Shown here: positions 12,285-24,944 of the stretch, piece after piece | Numbering within the stretch: position 1 is the first letter of the stretch | Layout of the letters: each line of letters opens with the position of its first letter | NCBI RefSeq assembly: GCF_006345805.1 | Contig: NC_043008.1 | Location: forward strand, 50,530,001 to 50,594,000 | Source: Octopus sinensis | Taxonomy: Eukaryota | Direction of reading: 5' to 3' | DNA length: 64,000 nt | The notes under the pieces: model-generated | Databases searched by the model: none | What the model saw: only the letters and a program-made list of their open reading frames with translations | What the model was told of the DNA's origin: nothing | Program-made: the position numbers and the translations under genes

Positions 12285-12600
12285 GGTGCGTGACTTGGTG
12301 ATATTTGGCTCATGATTGTAAGGTCACAAGTTTGATTCCCTGGTGGCGCATTATGTCCTTGAGCAAGGCACTTTATTTCCTGTCCATTCCAGTCCACTCA
12401 GCTGCTAAAAATGAGTAGTACATATATTTCAAAGGGCCAGCCTTGTTATATCCTATGTCACACTGAATCTCTCCGAGAAGTATGTTAGGGGTATGCATGT
12501 CTGTGGAGTGCTCAGCCACTTGCATGTTAATTTTACAAGCTGACTGTTCTGTTGATTGGATCAACTGGAACCCCCATTGTCATAAACGACAGAGTGCCAG
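12285..12600 (+). mobile_element. tRNA-derived SINE family C
   Basis: tRNA-like head (gtttgattccc) and central tccttgagcaaggcacttta...ccagtccactcagctg. A minus-strand relative lies at about 54290-54465 (ccagctgagtggactggagc...gtgtcttgctcaag). Confidence 0.65.
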
Positions 12601-13736
12601 ATCAAAAGCACTCTAACCATGACAACCCAGCTTTTGGCAGATCTTTAGTACTATTGTGTCCCTGTTTAAAGTGTTTGGGGTTTGATTTGAAGAAAATTTT
12701 GCTGCTATGTAGGTGTAGGCATGAGTGTGTGGTTAGGAAGTTTGCTTCCTAACCACATGGTTTTGGGTTTCAATCCCACTGCATGGCACCTTGTTCAAGT
12801 GTGTTTTACTGTAGACCGAGGCTAACTAAAGATTTCTCAGTGAATTTAGTGATTGTTGCAGCTAGAGAGGTAAGAGGACGATTTGATTATCAAAGAGAGT
12901 AAAGATCAGATTTATACAACTGTGACATTCTGAGTTTTTGATTTTGGCTAAAAGTTTCTTCAGTTATAATCTGTTACTTCAAATTATTTAATATCATGCA
13001 CACACACGTATATGCATGTATGTATATCCACACACACACACAGATGCATATTATATGTGTGCACATATATAGACACACACACACAATATGAAATGTCAAT
13101 GATTTGAAAGAAGTAAATGATGAAGGAAATCATTTATTTCTTAAAAGAAAGAGGCGGAGAATCTTTTTTTCTGAAAACATGTTTATTAACCATACTTTTT
13201 GATATTGATTTATTTTAACTATGCTTGAGGTTAGGTTTTGTATGAACAAGCAATCTTATGATGCATCTTAGTGTATGAAGCATCTGTGACACATCTTAGT
13301 GTATTATTTGTTATTTGGTATATAGATGCATTATAAGATGTTATTTCTCCCTTTCTGGTTGTTGTTGTCGTACATTATTATTGTTTACAATACTTGCCAC
13401 TCTATACCAGTTGTAAATCTGGACTCATGTGTCATTTCAAGAAATCAATACCAATGGTGCACGTACACACACACACACATGCACACATTTCTTGTGAGGT
13501 TGAACATAACATGACAAACCAGTTATCTGTTTAACGTGAGGTTGGTTGTTCATCTTCAACTGTTTCACATCTTATAGTAAAGTATGTTTGTCGTGTGTAT
13601 GGCTGGGTGTGGTTACGTGCACATTAACCCTTTTAAACCAAAGAGCAGCTAAAAGCGTCTGTAAATCCATTTTAAGCAAGACGACATAGAGTAGTTGAAA
13701 GCACATCAAATTTCATTCACTGCAACAAAAATAATG

Positions 13737-13768
<32 letters not shown>

Positions 13769-14044
13769 AATGTATACATTAAGAAAATCCAGAATTGTAT
13801 GAACCAAAAATGAAGGTGGAATTAGATGTAACACTGTGAACTGAATCTGTAAGACATGCACCCAGATAAATGCAGACTTAGTCTAACATTACTGTCATCA
13901 ATGAAGCATCTCTAATTTTACATAGAAATTTGATTTTGTTTTCCTCACTGGCAACCTCAAGAACTCTGATTTATAGGTTGTGTGATGATGTTCATGGCTC
14001 TCTCATTATTATTATTAGAATAGTTTAAATGAAATTAATTAAAA

Positions 14045-14285
14045 TGAAATAGGTGGCACGTAAAAAGCACCAACCGATTGTGGCTGCTGCCAGCCTCCCT
14101 TGGCACCTGTGCCGGTGGCACGTAAAAAGCACCCACTACTCTCACAGAGTGGTTGGCGTCAGGAAGGGCATCCAGTTGTAGAAACACTGCCAGATCAGAC
14201 TGGAGCCTGGTGCAGCCTCCTAGCTTCCCAGAACCATCCAACCCATGCTAGCAAAGAAAACAGACATTAAACGATGATGATGAGG
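14045..14285 (+). mobile_element. RTE-type 3'-end element with (GAT)n tail. Further copies at about 540-700, 1615-1770, 4740-4945, 22240-22395, 43730-44420 (-), 44705-44855, 45290-45480, 46975-47195 (-), 56180-56300 and 62005-62350
   Basis: Shared gtggttggcgttaggaagggcatccag..gtagaaa...ccaacccatgctagcatggaaa..ggacgttaaa(tga)n. RTE-clade elements typically end in short tandem repeats. Confidence 0.7.
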
Positions 14286-15809
14286 TACTACATCACTTCT
14301 AGGATTAAAATTGTCATAACCATTCCTCTCTTGCATAAAACAGGTTTGGGCTTGGGCAGAATGTTGAAATTCTCTGGTTGCAGACAAATCATCAGGAATT
14401 CCATTTCTAGGCCACAATAATGTCCTTTATATTTTCCACCAGCAATGACCAAAACAGTGTCTTACAGGAAATAGATTGTGTAGATAGCTGCAATCAATAG
14501 ATTTACTCCAGCAATCAGCCTCACCAAGATTTGAACTCAGGATGTAAAGGGATGTAACTGAATAGATGCTGCACAGTATTTTAGCCATCACTTTACCACC
14601 TTTGCATTTAATTTTAATAGTGATTTCTAATTTAGGTACAAGGCCTGCAAAATTGTGGTGAGTGGGGTTTAGTTGATGACTATGATCGCAGTACTAAACT
14701 GGTACTTTATTTTATCGCCCCCTCCACCTCCCAAAAGGATGAAAGGTAGAGTTCACATCAGCAGGATTTGAACTCGGAACATAAAGAGTTGAAATGAATG
14801 CCATAAGACATTTTCCAACTCTAATCATTCTATCAATCCACTGCCTTCATCTAAGCTTATTAATGCCACCCGAATGGTACTCTTATTATGTTGGTAGTGG
14901 TAGTGGTTCATCCCCATAATATTGCTCCTAAAGACGATGATTAGATAATATTTGGAGTTAATTAAGTGTTGATAAACAGCAGAAAAAGATGAGATTAATA
15001 TCTTGTGAATCAATTTGTTTTTAATATGTAATTGATGCCAGAAGAAGAATTTTGTTGTGTTGTCTTGGAGAAAATGTGTGGCACCATTTACCAGAGGTGA
15101 CTTAACTGGAAAAAATAACTGCCATTCCCATTCCATAGTTGAGTGGTTGACATTATGAAGTGCATCTAACCATGAAATATTCCCTCCCATCTCCTCATTA
15201 ACACATGTCAAAGCTGAAAACAAACATAGAAATGTGTTTGTTGTATGTGTGTCTCTGTCTATGCTGTTGGAATTAATAGCTGGTTTCATAATGGGAAAAC
15301 TAATGAGCTATTCTCATACCTTGCTACTGTAACTGTGTGGAAAAAACATTTTTTTTTCTCTCTCTGGAATAATTTAAAAAAAAAAAAAAGAGAAATTGTT
15401 TTGTTAACCTTATTCTTCATGCTTCTATGTTCTACTTTGCATTTCATTTGGTTTGTTCACCAGTTGTCTTTGAATGTTCTATTCTTTGTCTGTGTTTGAA
15501 CCCAGAACTTAGATTTCAGATGCAAAATTTCAATGTTCTCGACTATTATGCTAAAATCTCGTAGATACAACATTTACTAGTTAAATTTTGGGATATTTTA
15601 AACCGATTTCAATAACTATTTCATTGATTCCCTGTTGATTGTACACAAGTTATTGGCATAACTTTTCTGGTCTAATTTCGAAAGGTTAAGAAACAAATCT
15701 GTTTCATGTTTTTGTTGCATCTTTGAAATATTTTTTTCACTAAAACGCAAACTTCTGGATCTTGAAATGTTTCTCATACAATTTTTTGTTTCTTTCTTTC
15801 GTTATCCAG

Positions 15810-16021
15810 GTGCTGATGATTTGTCCAGGCAAGATTTTGCTCGAGAGCTTGGTAATGCAATAACTGGGCTTAATGACTTTGACGCCGATTACTTACCTGA
15901 AGAGGAAGCTTTGAAAATTGGATTGGTACCACTGGATATCGACGATGTCCAGATGTTAACAGATCCCAATCTTGTTACTGATGCTGCCACTGAGGATTCC
16001 TTTAAACTCGACCGGCAGTGA
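15810..16021 (+). CDS. CRTC1: CREB-regulated transcription coactivator (CRTC/TORC), last coding exon (TORC_C transactivation domain)
   Basis: Pyrimidine tract and acceptor ttctttctttcgttatccag|GT GCT GAT (phase 1, G|GT). Encodes (G)ADDLSRQDFARELGNAITGLNDFDADYLPEEEALKIGLVPLDIDDVQMLTDPNLVTDAATEDSFKLDRQ*, matching the recalled CRTC C-terminus pattern (..L.ML.DP....D.A.ED.F..DR). Paralog number is nominal, since invertebrates typically have one CRTC. Confidence 0.88.
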
Positions 16022-16324
16022 GGCAACATCATTGCAGTCTACATGTAACGGTGTTTCAAGCGACATCAACATTTGTTGTTCTGCATTAGCCAAGCGAGAT
16101 GCATGATTAATATTGCCTGTCAAAAAATCTGGAATATCTACCCTGACCCTTGAAAAAAAATGAATAACAAACAATTTTTTTGCTGCTCAATCATCTCCAG
16201 TATTCCAGATATATATATATATATATATATAAATATATATATTTTTCTTTCTTCCTTAGCTGATGGTAGTTCTGGAGGCCGTGGGGAAGAGAATGCATTC
16301 TGGTGCTGTGTCCTTCCCTACCAC

Positions 16325-16430
16325 AAACTGCATCCATTGCCATGACTACCACCAACGCCACCACCACCACCACCAACAACAACACTGCTACTAGCACCAC
16401 CACCACCACCACCACCACCACCACCATCCC
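16325..16430. repeat. (ACC)n/(AAC)n trinucleotide repeat
   Basis: Direct reading; about 300 nt after the CRTC stop. Confidence 0.9.
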
Positions 16431-16663
16431 TTGGCTTCTACTGTACAAAGCTTACATTCACCTTTCAATTCCTCTCTTCATACATGTTCTATGACAGTAG
16501 ACATTCCATCTCATCAGCACACACAGGCATCGCATGATGCATATGTATGTATGTATATATGGATGTATGTGTGCATATACTTAGATATACATGTGTGTGT
16601 CTGTGTGTGTATTTATATCTCTATACACGTGCATAGATATACCTGTATGTATATATATGTGTG

Positions 16664-16694
<31 letters not shown>

Positions 16695-16936
16695 ACACAC
16701 ACACACTCATGCACACGTGTATGTAGTAAAACCAAAAGAAATCAAGAATAAAAAAGAAAATGTAAAGTCCAAATGATGCTAATTCTTCTTGATAGTTCAT
16801 CACTAGTGTATTAGGTCTGTGGTAACCTCAGTTGAGTTAGTTGCTACTTTTGAAGTAGACATCTTAAGATTGTTATGCACCGGGGGAATACATTTTACTT
16901 CTCATCCAAAGAAATGAAATATAAAAATATACACGC

Positions 16937-16981
<45 letters not shown>

Positions 16982-17461
16982 TACAAACATGCATGTTCAT
17001 ATATGTATAGTTTTTTGTCAACAAAAAAAGTACTCCATCCAATGAGAGATATACATCATTTAACACACACTTATTAAAATAAGGGCTACCAATAGTTTCT
17101 TGCCATTACGACAAGTGGTCAGGCATGTTTTATACCATGCCTTGTGTTCTCCAAGAAATCTTCTGGCTCTGAGCACAGTTAGTTCTTTAAATGATATCTA
17201 CAAATAAGTGGACAAACAAATGTGGCACTCAACACATTTGGTAGAAGTTACACGTGTTATTTAATATGAGTTTGTCTCAGCCCCATGACACTTAACATTG
17301 CATCAGGCATTTGGATACCTTGATAAATCAGGTTTGCTCTACAAGCCTGTGCAAATTTAAGTTGCAACAGAGCTGAGTCGAACTCTTACTAAATGATACA
17401 TGTGTGTGTGTGTATGTATGTATGTATATGACTGTATATGTATATATGTATTTATTTATAT

Positions 17462-17625
17462 ATAGGCGCAGGAGTGGCTGTGTAGTAAGTAGCTTGCTTA
17501 CCAACCACATTGTTCCGGGTTCAGTCCTACTACGTGGCACCTTAGGCAAGTGTCTTCTACTATAGCCTTGGGCTGACCATAAGCCTTATGAGTGGATTTG
17601 GTAGACAAAAACTGAAAGAAGCCTG

Positions 17626-17659
<34 letters not shown>

Positions 17660-17800
17660 ATGTTCCCGTAACTTAGTGGTTTGGCAAAAGGGGCCGATAG
17701 AATAAGTACTAGGCTTACAAAGAATAAGTCCTGGGGGCGATTTGTCGACTAAAGGTGTTGCTCCAGCATGGCTGCAGTCAAATGACTGAAACAAGTAAAA
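17462..17800 (+). mobile_element. tRNA-derived SINE family B
   Basis: Head taggcgcaggagtggctgtgtagtaag...ccgggttcagtcc, core ggcaagtgtcttctactatagcc...gagtggatttggtagac, internal (GT)n, tail cagtcaaatgactgaaacaagtaaaa. Confidence 0.85.
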
Positions 17801-18699
17801 AATGTGTGTGTGTATACACATATGTATGTAACATATACATTTGTATATACATATATATGTGTATGTGTGATAGTTTCTATTTCTTGAGACAATTCAAGAC
17901 TTGGAATTGGGTACACAGAAGGTAAGTGGAAGCCTGCCAGATGGCTTGCACCTGTAATTAGACAAACAGTCCAGCCTTGCCACGTATTTAGTGTTACTGA
18001 TTACGCCTGAGCATTATGTTTGGTGTACATGTGTCTGAGGAATACTCAGTCAGATGCACATTAATTTCAGAAGTAGCTTTAGTTGATCAAACTGGATCAA
18101 ACCACGGAACGTCCATCCTTAGAAGACAGTGGAGGTTCAGCAGCATCATATGTGTATGTGTGTGTGTCTGTGTGTCCGTGTCCACATACACTCACATACA
18201 AAGAAGATCACTTTCGATAAGTTTTCATTGCATCATAAGAAGCAGAATCTGGGATGAAACTGAAAATTCTAGAGAAACACATTCTGCAAATAAAATACAT
18301 GTACGCATGCACACACACATATATATACACATGTGTTCATATATGCTTATGTGCATTCATGTGTCCATACATGTATATGTATGCCTGTATGTGTATATAT
18401 ATCTAGCTGTAAAACAATACCTCAATTATATGTATTTGTCTAATCCATGGTAAGATGGGGGAAAAAATGGACATACGCCAAAGATATATGTGTGTATATA
18501 CACATAGATATAGATAATGACATACATATGTATATACATGTTAAAATAAGGTTGTTATTTTCAAACAAGCATAAGAATAAAAATGGAGCATTTACTAATT
18601 GTATGACTCTCTATTAAGTGGAAAATTAGATTTATTGTGAATATCAAAGTTGATTGGGTTTTCAGAATACATACATACATATATATACATATATATTTT

Positions 18700-18831
18700 A
18701 AATTGTAAGTATATGAAAGAATGGAGTTGAACGACTAGTTAACAAATATCCTTTATTCTCGACATATGTCGAGAATAAAGGATATTTGTTAACCAGTCTT
18801 TCAACTCCATTCTTTCATATACTTACAATTT
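18700..18831. repeat. 132-bp near-perfect loopless palindrome
   Basis: Centre gacat|atgtc at 18765/18766. 66-bp arms with 2 mismatches. Confidence 0.95.
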
Positions 18832-20239
18832 TAAAATAAACATACAAATTTCCGCACGAAGACACGTAGTCTATGCCCTATGGACGTAGCTTCAACCGTG
18901 TTCTTTCTGATGTGAATTTGCTACCCAGGTATCGGTTATCTTTCGAATTATCCTTAATAAGATAATTCATTCAATTACTCAATATATACATATATATATA
19001 TATATTATATATATATATATATATATGTATGTATATATAAAATCTCAGAAGTTATAAATATGAGAGGAAAATAAGAATTTGCATACTCATGCATGCATAC
19101 ATACATACATACATACATAAATATAGAGACAAACTGTTGTTGTTGTTGCTGCTGTTGTGGTTGGAACTTAACCATTTTCATCATCTTTAATTATTCAATT
19201 CTATTTGTGGCAGTTTTTAAAGTGTTACTACTACTGCCTGACTGAAGTGACCCCTGCTTGTTTATTTCCAATCCTTTTTGCCTCCCATATTCACTCACAC
19301 ACTTTCACTCACTTCACCCACCCACCCCTCTACCTTCTTGAAGCCTTCTTTATCCATATTATTGAAACAAATTTATTTCTTTAAAAAAAAAAGAAAAGAA
19401 AAGAACATCTAATTGCAATGTGAAGAAGACAAAAAAAAAAAGCAAAGAAAAAAGAACTAAAAAAAAAAACAAATGAAAATCACCCTGCTGAAAAAAAAAA
19501 TATAAAGAACAAGTAAAAGAGAGAAATGCGAAACCTCTCCTCCCTTGTCAACCAAACCACCATTATCACCCTATTGTCTCTTTCTCTCTTCTCCACTTTA
19601 GCTTTTAAATATTGAAAAAGTTCTGGTTGGCCGACATGTATCTAATCTTGTTGAACTCATCACAAATTATTATTATTATTATTATTATTATTATTTATTG
19701 ATAGTAATGATAAGTTCTAACATAACATTGAAGAGAGAGAAATCAGTTTGACTCATAATATCCCAAAGCCCATTTTGAAGATTGTAAAGATTTTTAAAAA
19801 ATAAATATAAACAATATATATATATATGAAATATAAATATAAATGTACACACACATACACACACACATAACATTTAAAAGTATGGCCTAAGATATAAAAA
19901 AAAGAGAGAGAGAGAAAGAGAGAAGGCAAAGGATATGATGAAGTTAGTTGAAACCAAGTACCTTTAGATTGTGGGGCAGTTGCGTTTACTGTGACACCAA
20001 ACAGGCTCGCCAGTCTTAATATGTGGGGAGGTAACGATGTTAATTTATCCATTAAAACTTTTGTTAGTTATAATTTGGATTGGTCGGGCCTAGTTGATGT
20101 TGTTATCTGTAGCTCTATTGCCTAGCAACCACTAGATTCAAGCTTTGGTTCCTATGATAGAATGTTTTGTTTTCCCCCTCTTTTTTTTTTTTTTAAAGCC
20201 ATACTTGTAAATGTCTTTCTTATATGCATACATACAAAC

Positions 20240-20251
20240 AAATGCATTGTG

Positions 20252-20305
<54 letters not shown>

Positions 20306-20456
20306 TATGCACACACACACATACATACATATATACAAAACAGGATATGCACACATTTTTACATATAGTTATACAATGTATGTATGTATACATTTTTTAT
20401 ATACATTGTGTGTGTATACATATATATATATTCATACATTTACGCACATAATATAC

Positions 20457-20488
<32 letters not shown>

Positions 20489-20552
20489 ATACATATACAC
20501 ATATGTATATATACATGTGTGTATACATATATATCCATATATACATATATAT

Positions 20553-20593
<41 letters not shown>

Positions 20594-20690
20594 CACCTAA
20601 ATGTTTGTATATATATAAAATGCATCTAAGTATATGTTCATGCACATGTATTTTATATATAACGTGTGTGTGTGTGTATACATAGTGTGA
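20240..20690. repeat. Large compound (AT)n/(AC)n/(GT)n microsatellite block
   Basis: Direct reading; source of several spurious Y/I-rich ORFs. Confidence 0.95.
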
Positions 20691-23029
20691 CATTTTGACT
20701 GCATATAGTTGATCTACTTGCTGTCCCTCTTCCCTTGCCATCTTTAATGTTGTGCATGCATATCACCACATCACCATATTTTGGACATAAATTGAGATCT
20801 AAATGCATGTTTGCTTTGTTTCTTCCTCAACTGTGAATAAACCAAAAGAATATTTTACACACAATGAAATGTGTAACCAAAAAAAAAATAAAATAAAAAT
20901 AATAATAATGATGATGATGATGATGATGATGATAAGGACAACACCAATAACAAGACTATTGAAAAAAAATCTATCCAAGACTGTGTAATACATAAACATT
21001 GTCACTTTTAATCAACTTTTATTTCTTTCAAAAAAAAAAAAAATGTTTTTTGGGTTTTTTTTTTTTTAACCCTCATCTCTGTCTCTCTGTGTGTGGCCCA
21101 CTTCTGATATCAGAGAGTCATAAAGATATCATCCTCATTGTTACTACCACTATTACTTCAACAACTAATGCCAATATCAACACCGCCACCACCACCACCA
21201 CCAATAATAATAAAATAATAATAATAATAATAATAATAACAACCACAACAACAGGTATGTTGCACCCCAATCCTCATATCACTGTGTTAACTCATTATAC
21301 CGGTTTTGCTCAATATGTGATATGAGGAGGGACGTTTAAGAAGTGTCTGTTACCGGAGTTCTGTTTTGTCTTATTTCTACCTGGTTTTAATTCTATTTAC
21401 CTATTTAATTACTCTCTCTCTCTTTTTTACAAATGCCTTTTCCATAATTCTTGTTCAATTTTTAACTAATATTATAGCATTATTTTGGTGTCTCATTATG
21501 TTTTCTCTTGATTATTTTTTGATTAGTCTTTCTCCTTCGCTTCAGAAAATCTCATATAAATGATGGTGGAACTGTATCAAAACAAGGGTCAGAAGAACAG
21601 CCTCCCCCCCGCCACTGACTTTTTTTTAAGATTTTTTTTTTTAGTTGTGTTTATTTTTCTATACTTAATATTCAGTTGTAAATATTTCACAAGCTGTACA
21701 TTTTTTGGAAACGTCCTTAAAATACTTCCTCCTTGCTCAATTACAAGTCCTAGTTTATTCGTTCAAATGTGGAACTGTCAAAATTTCCTCCACTGGCTGA
21801 TAATGAAGACTTTACATATAGAGAGCACGTGCACACACAATTCCCCCAAAATGTCAAAAGAACGATATAAATTAAAGGAAAGAAAGAATGACATTGCATA
21901 TATCTATAGCCTTACTGGAGACTAAGAATGGTTATCTAAATCTTTTATTTAATATTGTGAGCATTATTTCATTTGTATGAAGCATGATGCTGGAGATACT
22001 GCTTCAGAACAGGCATTGACATGTCAAGAGGTCGTATCAGTGAACAGTATTTCTAATTAGAATAATTTAATCAGGAAATCCCCCAAGATTGACTGTTAGG
22101 ATCTTATTATTTTACATTAACCACTGCAGCTGCTGTTGTGGTTTCTGTCCCAAATTTTTAAGGAAGTGAAAACCGATCTCTCTCTCTTCTCTCTCTCTCT
22201 CTCTCTCTCTCTGTTATATATATATATATAGCACTCACTACACTCATGGAGCGGTTGGCGTTAGGAAGGGCATCCAGCCGTAGAAACATTGCCAGATCAG
22301 ACTGGGCCTGGTGCAGCCTTCTGGCTTCCCAGACTCCAGTTGAACCGTCCAACCCATGCTAGCATGGAAAGCGGACGCTAAACAATGATGATGATATATA
22401 TCTTTTATATATATATATGATATCATGCACACACACTACATATTTGATAAAGATTGGTATAGTGATTCTATATTCTAAATAGTTTTCATTAATAAGTGAC
22501 ATCCTGGTGTTGTCATTTGGTTCATATTCAATCTGTTAGCAACAATCAATAAGAATTTCTTTATTATTTATTAGAAGTAGGGTAATAAGAATGGTTCTGT
22601 GATTGAAAGATAAAAGATTTTTTTTTGCCTTCATATTGTTACCAAAAATATTCTTGTGCGTGTGTGTGTGTGTACACATCTATAAATATTTAATACATCA
22701 AAGAAGTCCATAAAAAAAGTGCCTCTTTTCTTTGAATGTTGTCTAATTCCAACTAATTACCACTTTTATTAAATGTCATCTTTGGCTTTTGGACTAATCT
22801 CAACAAAGAGTCATTTCTGAACCTTTTTTCTTTTACATTATATAATCTCAAGATTGAGTATCTATCATTTTTACAAAGGTTGTTGTGTGTGTGTGTATCT
22901 ATGTATGTGTGTATGTGTATGTATATATACACATACACCACTGCCTCTTGACTGTCCATTCATTTTTAATCTGTTTTTACAGAAATTTGAATGTTCAGTT
23001 TCATATATATTCATATCCATATATAAACT

Positions 23030-23099
<70 letters not shown>

Positions 23100-23529
23100 A
23101 GTAAAATCCATGAACTTGCTATGAGAAGTGGAAAATTTAGCTTTTCAGATAGTCCTTCTTGAGGTAAAAGTTGAGAGAAATTGAGAAAAAAAAGCAGTTT
23201 CACATCTTAGAAAAAACTAAGTTGCAAGAGGATGTAAAACTCTGGTATTTGAATATATGTACATACTTTTATGAATGTAGGTGTGTACACACACACATGC
23301 ACATTCATGTGTGTTTATATGTATATATACACACACACACACACACACAACATACACAGACACATGTACAAATAGCTTTATGGTGTTGTTAGCTTGTGTG
23401 AAGGTCAATAGTTATTTTACAGTCATGAAAGTTAAGTAATTAACTTTCTAAGCCTAATTAATTGGCTATGCCATATTCAGTTGAATTCACTAACGGATAA
23501 CCTTTGCCCATCCTTACTAAATAAGAGAA

Positions 23530-23566
<37 letters not shown>

Positions 23567-24729
23567 CTTTTGGCTTTAATAGTGTATTTTATTTTAAGAC
23601 TATTTTCTAACATTTAAAAATAATATATTAAAGTGTTCATTTGAATGCCAGTATAATTGATTACTTCATTTTATCTGTTTAGTAATAATAAGATACTAAT
23701 TAAATTCGAGGCTTATTTTTATTACTCTTCTCATTTCTCTACCAAATATACTATACTACACTTGTACCATTTATTAGTGTGTGTGTGTGTATAATATATA
23801 TATATATATATATATATAGATGTATATGACATTTTCAGTTATCAAAGAATGCAGCTTGATGAAGTAATCCATTACAACATTAATATGTGAGCTTTAAATC
23901 TAGTTTTTTTTTTGTTTTTTTTTCCTCCTTCCACTTCTTTCTCCGTTTCTTTTAATTGTATCAAAATTTTCGGCAGAAAGCTTTAACTTTGAGAAGTGGT
24001 GTTTGGTATCTCCAGTTTTAGCTTAGTTGCTGTTTGAAGGTGTGGAAGGCTGGGCTGTCATAAGTTCTTCTATCTATATTACTCTAAACAGTTAAGTTAT
24101 TGTTTAACCCCAGGTCAGTCCTATGATCAAAGGTCTTCTTGCCAGAACCATCCCATCTTTACAGACAGTTTATCTCAGACTACTTCATTTTATTTGTTTA
24201 AAGGCAGTAAGAGTATAACTTAGTTACATCTAGTAAGTCACACAACCCTGTCGAGGCTCCTACATTGGTTCAACATAATTTTATTTTGTATTCAAGGTCA
24301 AAGTAAACAGTTTAAGTCTTAAAAAATCTCTCTCTGTTTTAAGTGTTTCTAGTTCTCATTTTGTCTACAGTTTATAAAATTAAATATCGCCCTCTAAGTT
24401 GGTACTAGACGTTATCACGTTACTGAACTTGCTATTACAGAAAATACATTCATTTTATTGTCTTATTAAAATTTTTTTAGGAAGGGTAGAGGGCCTGTTA
24501 GAATTTAAGTTTTATTATTTTCATCAAAAATTAGGAGTAGCTTTCACAGATTAGACAAACATTAAAAACATTTCTCACTCAACTTTTTATTAGAACAAAG
24601 AAAGTTAGCAAAATATATGTTTGATTGTTTTAATTTTCCCTGTAGCCTTTCTGTTTCTGCTTTCCTTAATACTATTTATCTCTGGATGTGTATGATGTGA
24701 TCTATGACTGCACAGATACTAAAACAGAA

Positions 24730-24944
24730 GGTGGCAAGCCAACTGAAACGTTAGCAAGCCAGGTGAAATGCTTAGCGGTATTTCGTCTGTCTTTAAGTTC
24801 TGAGTTCAAATTCCGCCGAGGTCGACTTTGCCTTTCATCCTTTTGGATTCAATAAATTAAGTACCAGTTGTGTACTAGGGTCGATCTAATCGACTGGTCT
24901 CCTCCCCCAAAATTTCACGCCTTGTTCCTAGAGTAGAAAAGAAT
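24730..24944 (+). mobile_element. SINE family A, subtype 1
   Basis: TSD tactaaaacagaa at 24717-24729 and 24945-24957. Confidence 0.85.

Noticed and set aside
14825-15289. Longest ORF in the track (154 aa, minus)
   Set aside because: No domain-like composition; runs through AT-rich intron and SINE-adjacent sequence.
1-15809. Penultimate CRTC exon (expected to end ...IILT-G, phase 1)
   Set aside because: No convincing match found by eye. The acag|gtaag sites at about 8545 and 10075 belong to RTE-type repeats. The exon is probably upstream of the window, though it may have been missed.
20138-23410. Many 60-130 aa ORFs rich in Y/I/C/V/H/T
   Set aside because: Translations of (AT)n/(GT)n/(AC)n microsatellites; the same applies at 16431-16803, 55289-55483 and 56177-56858.
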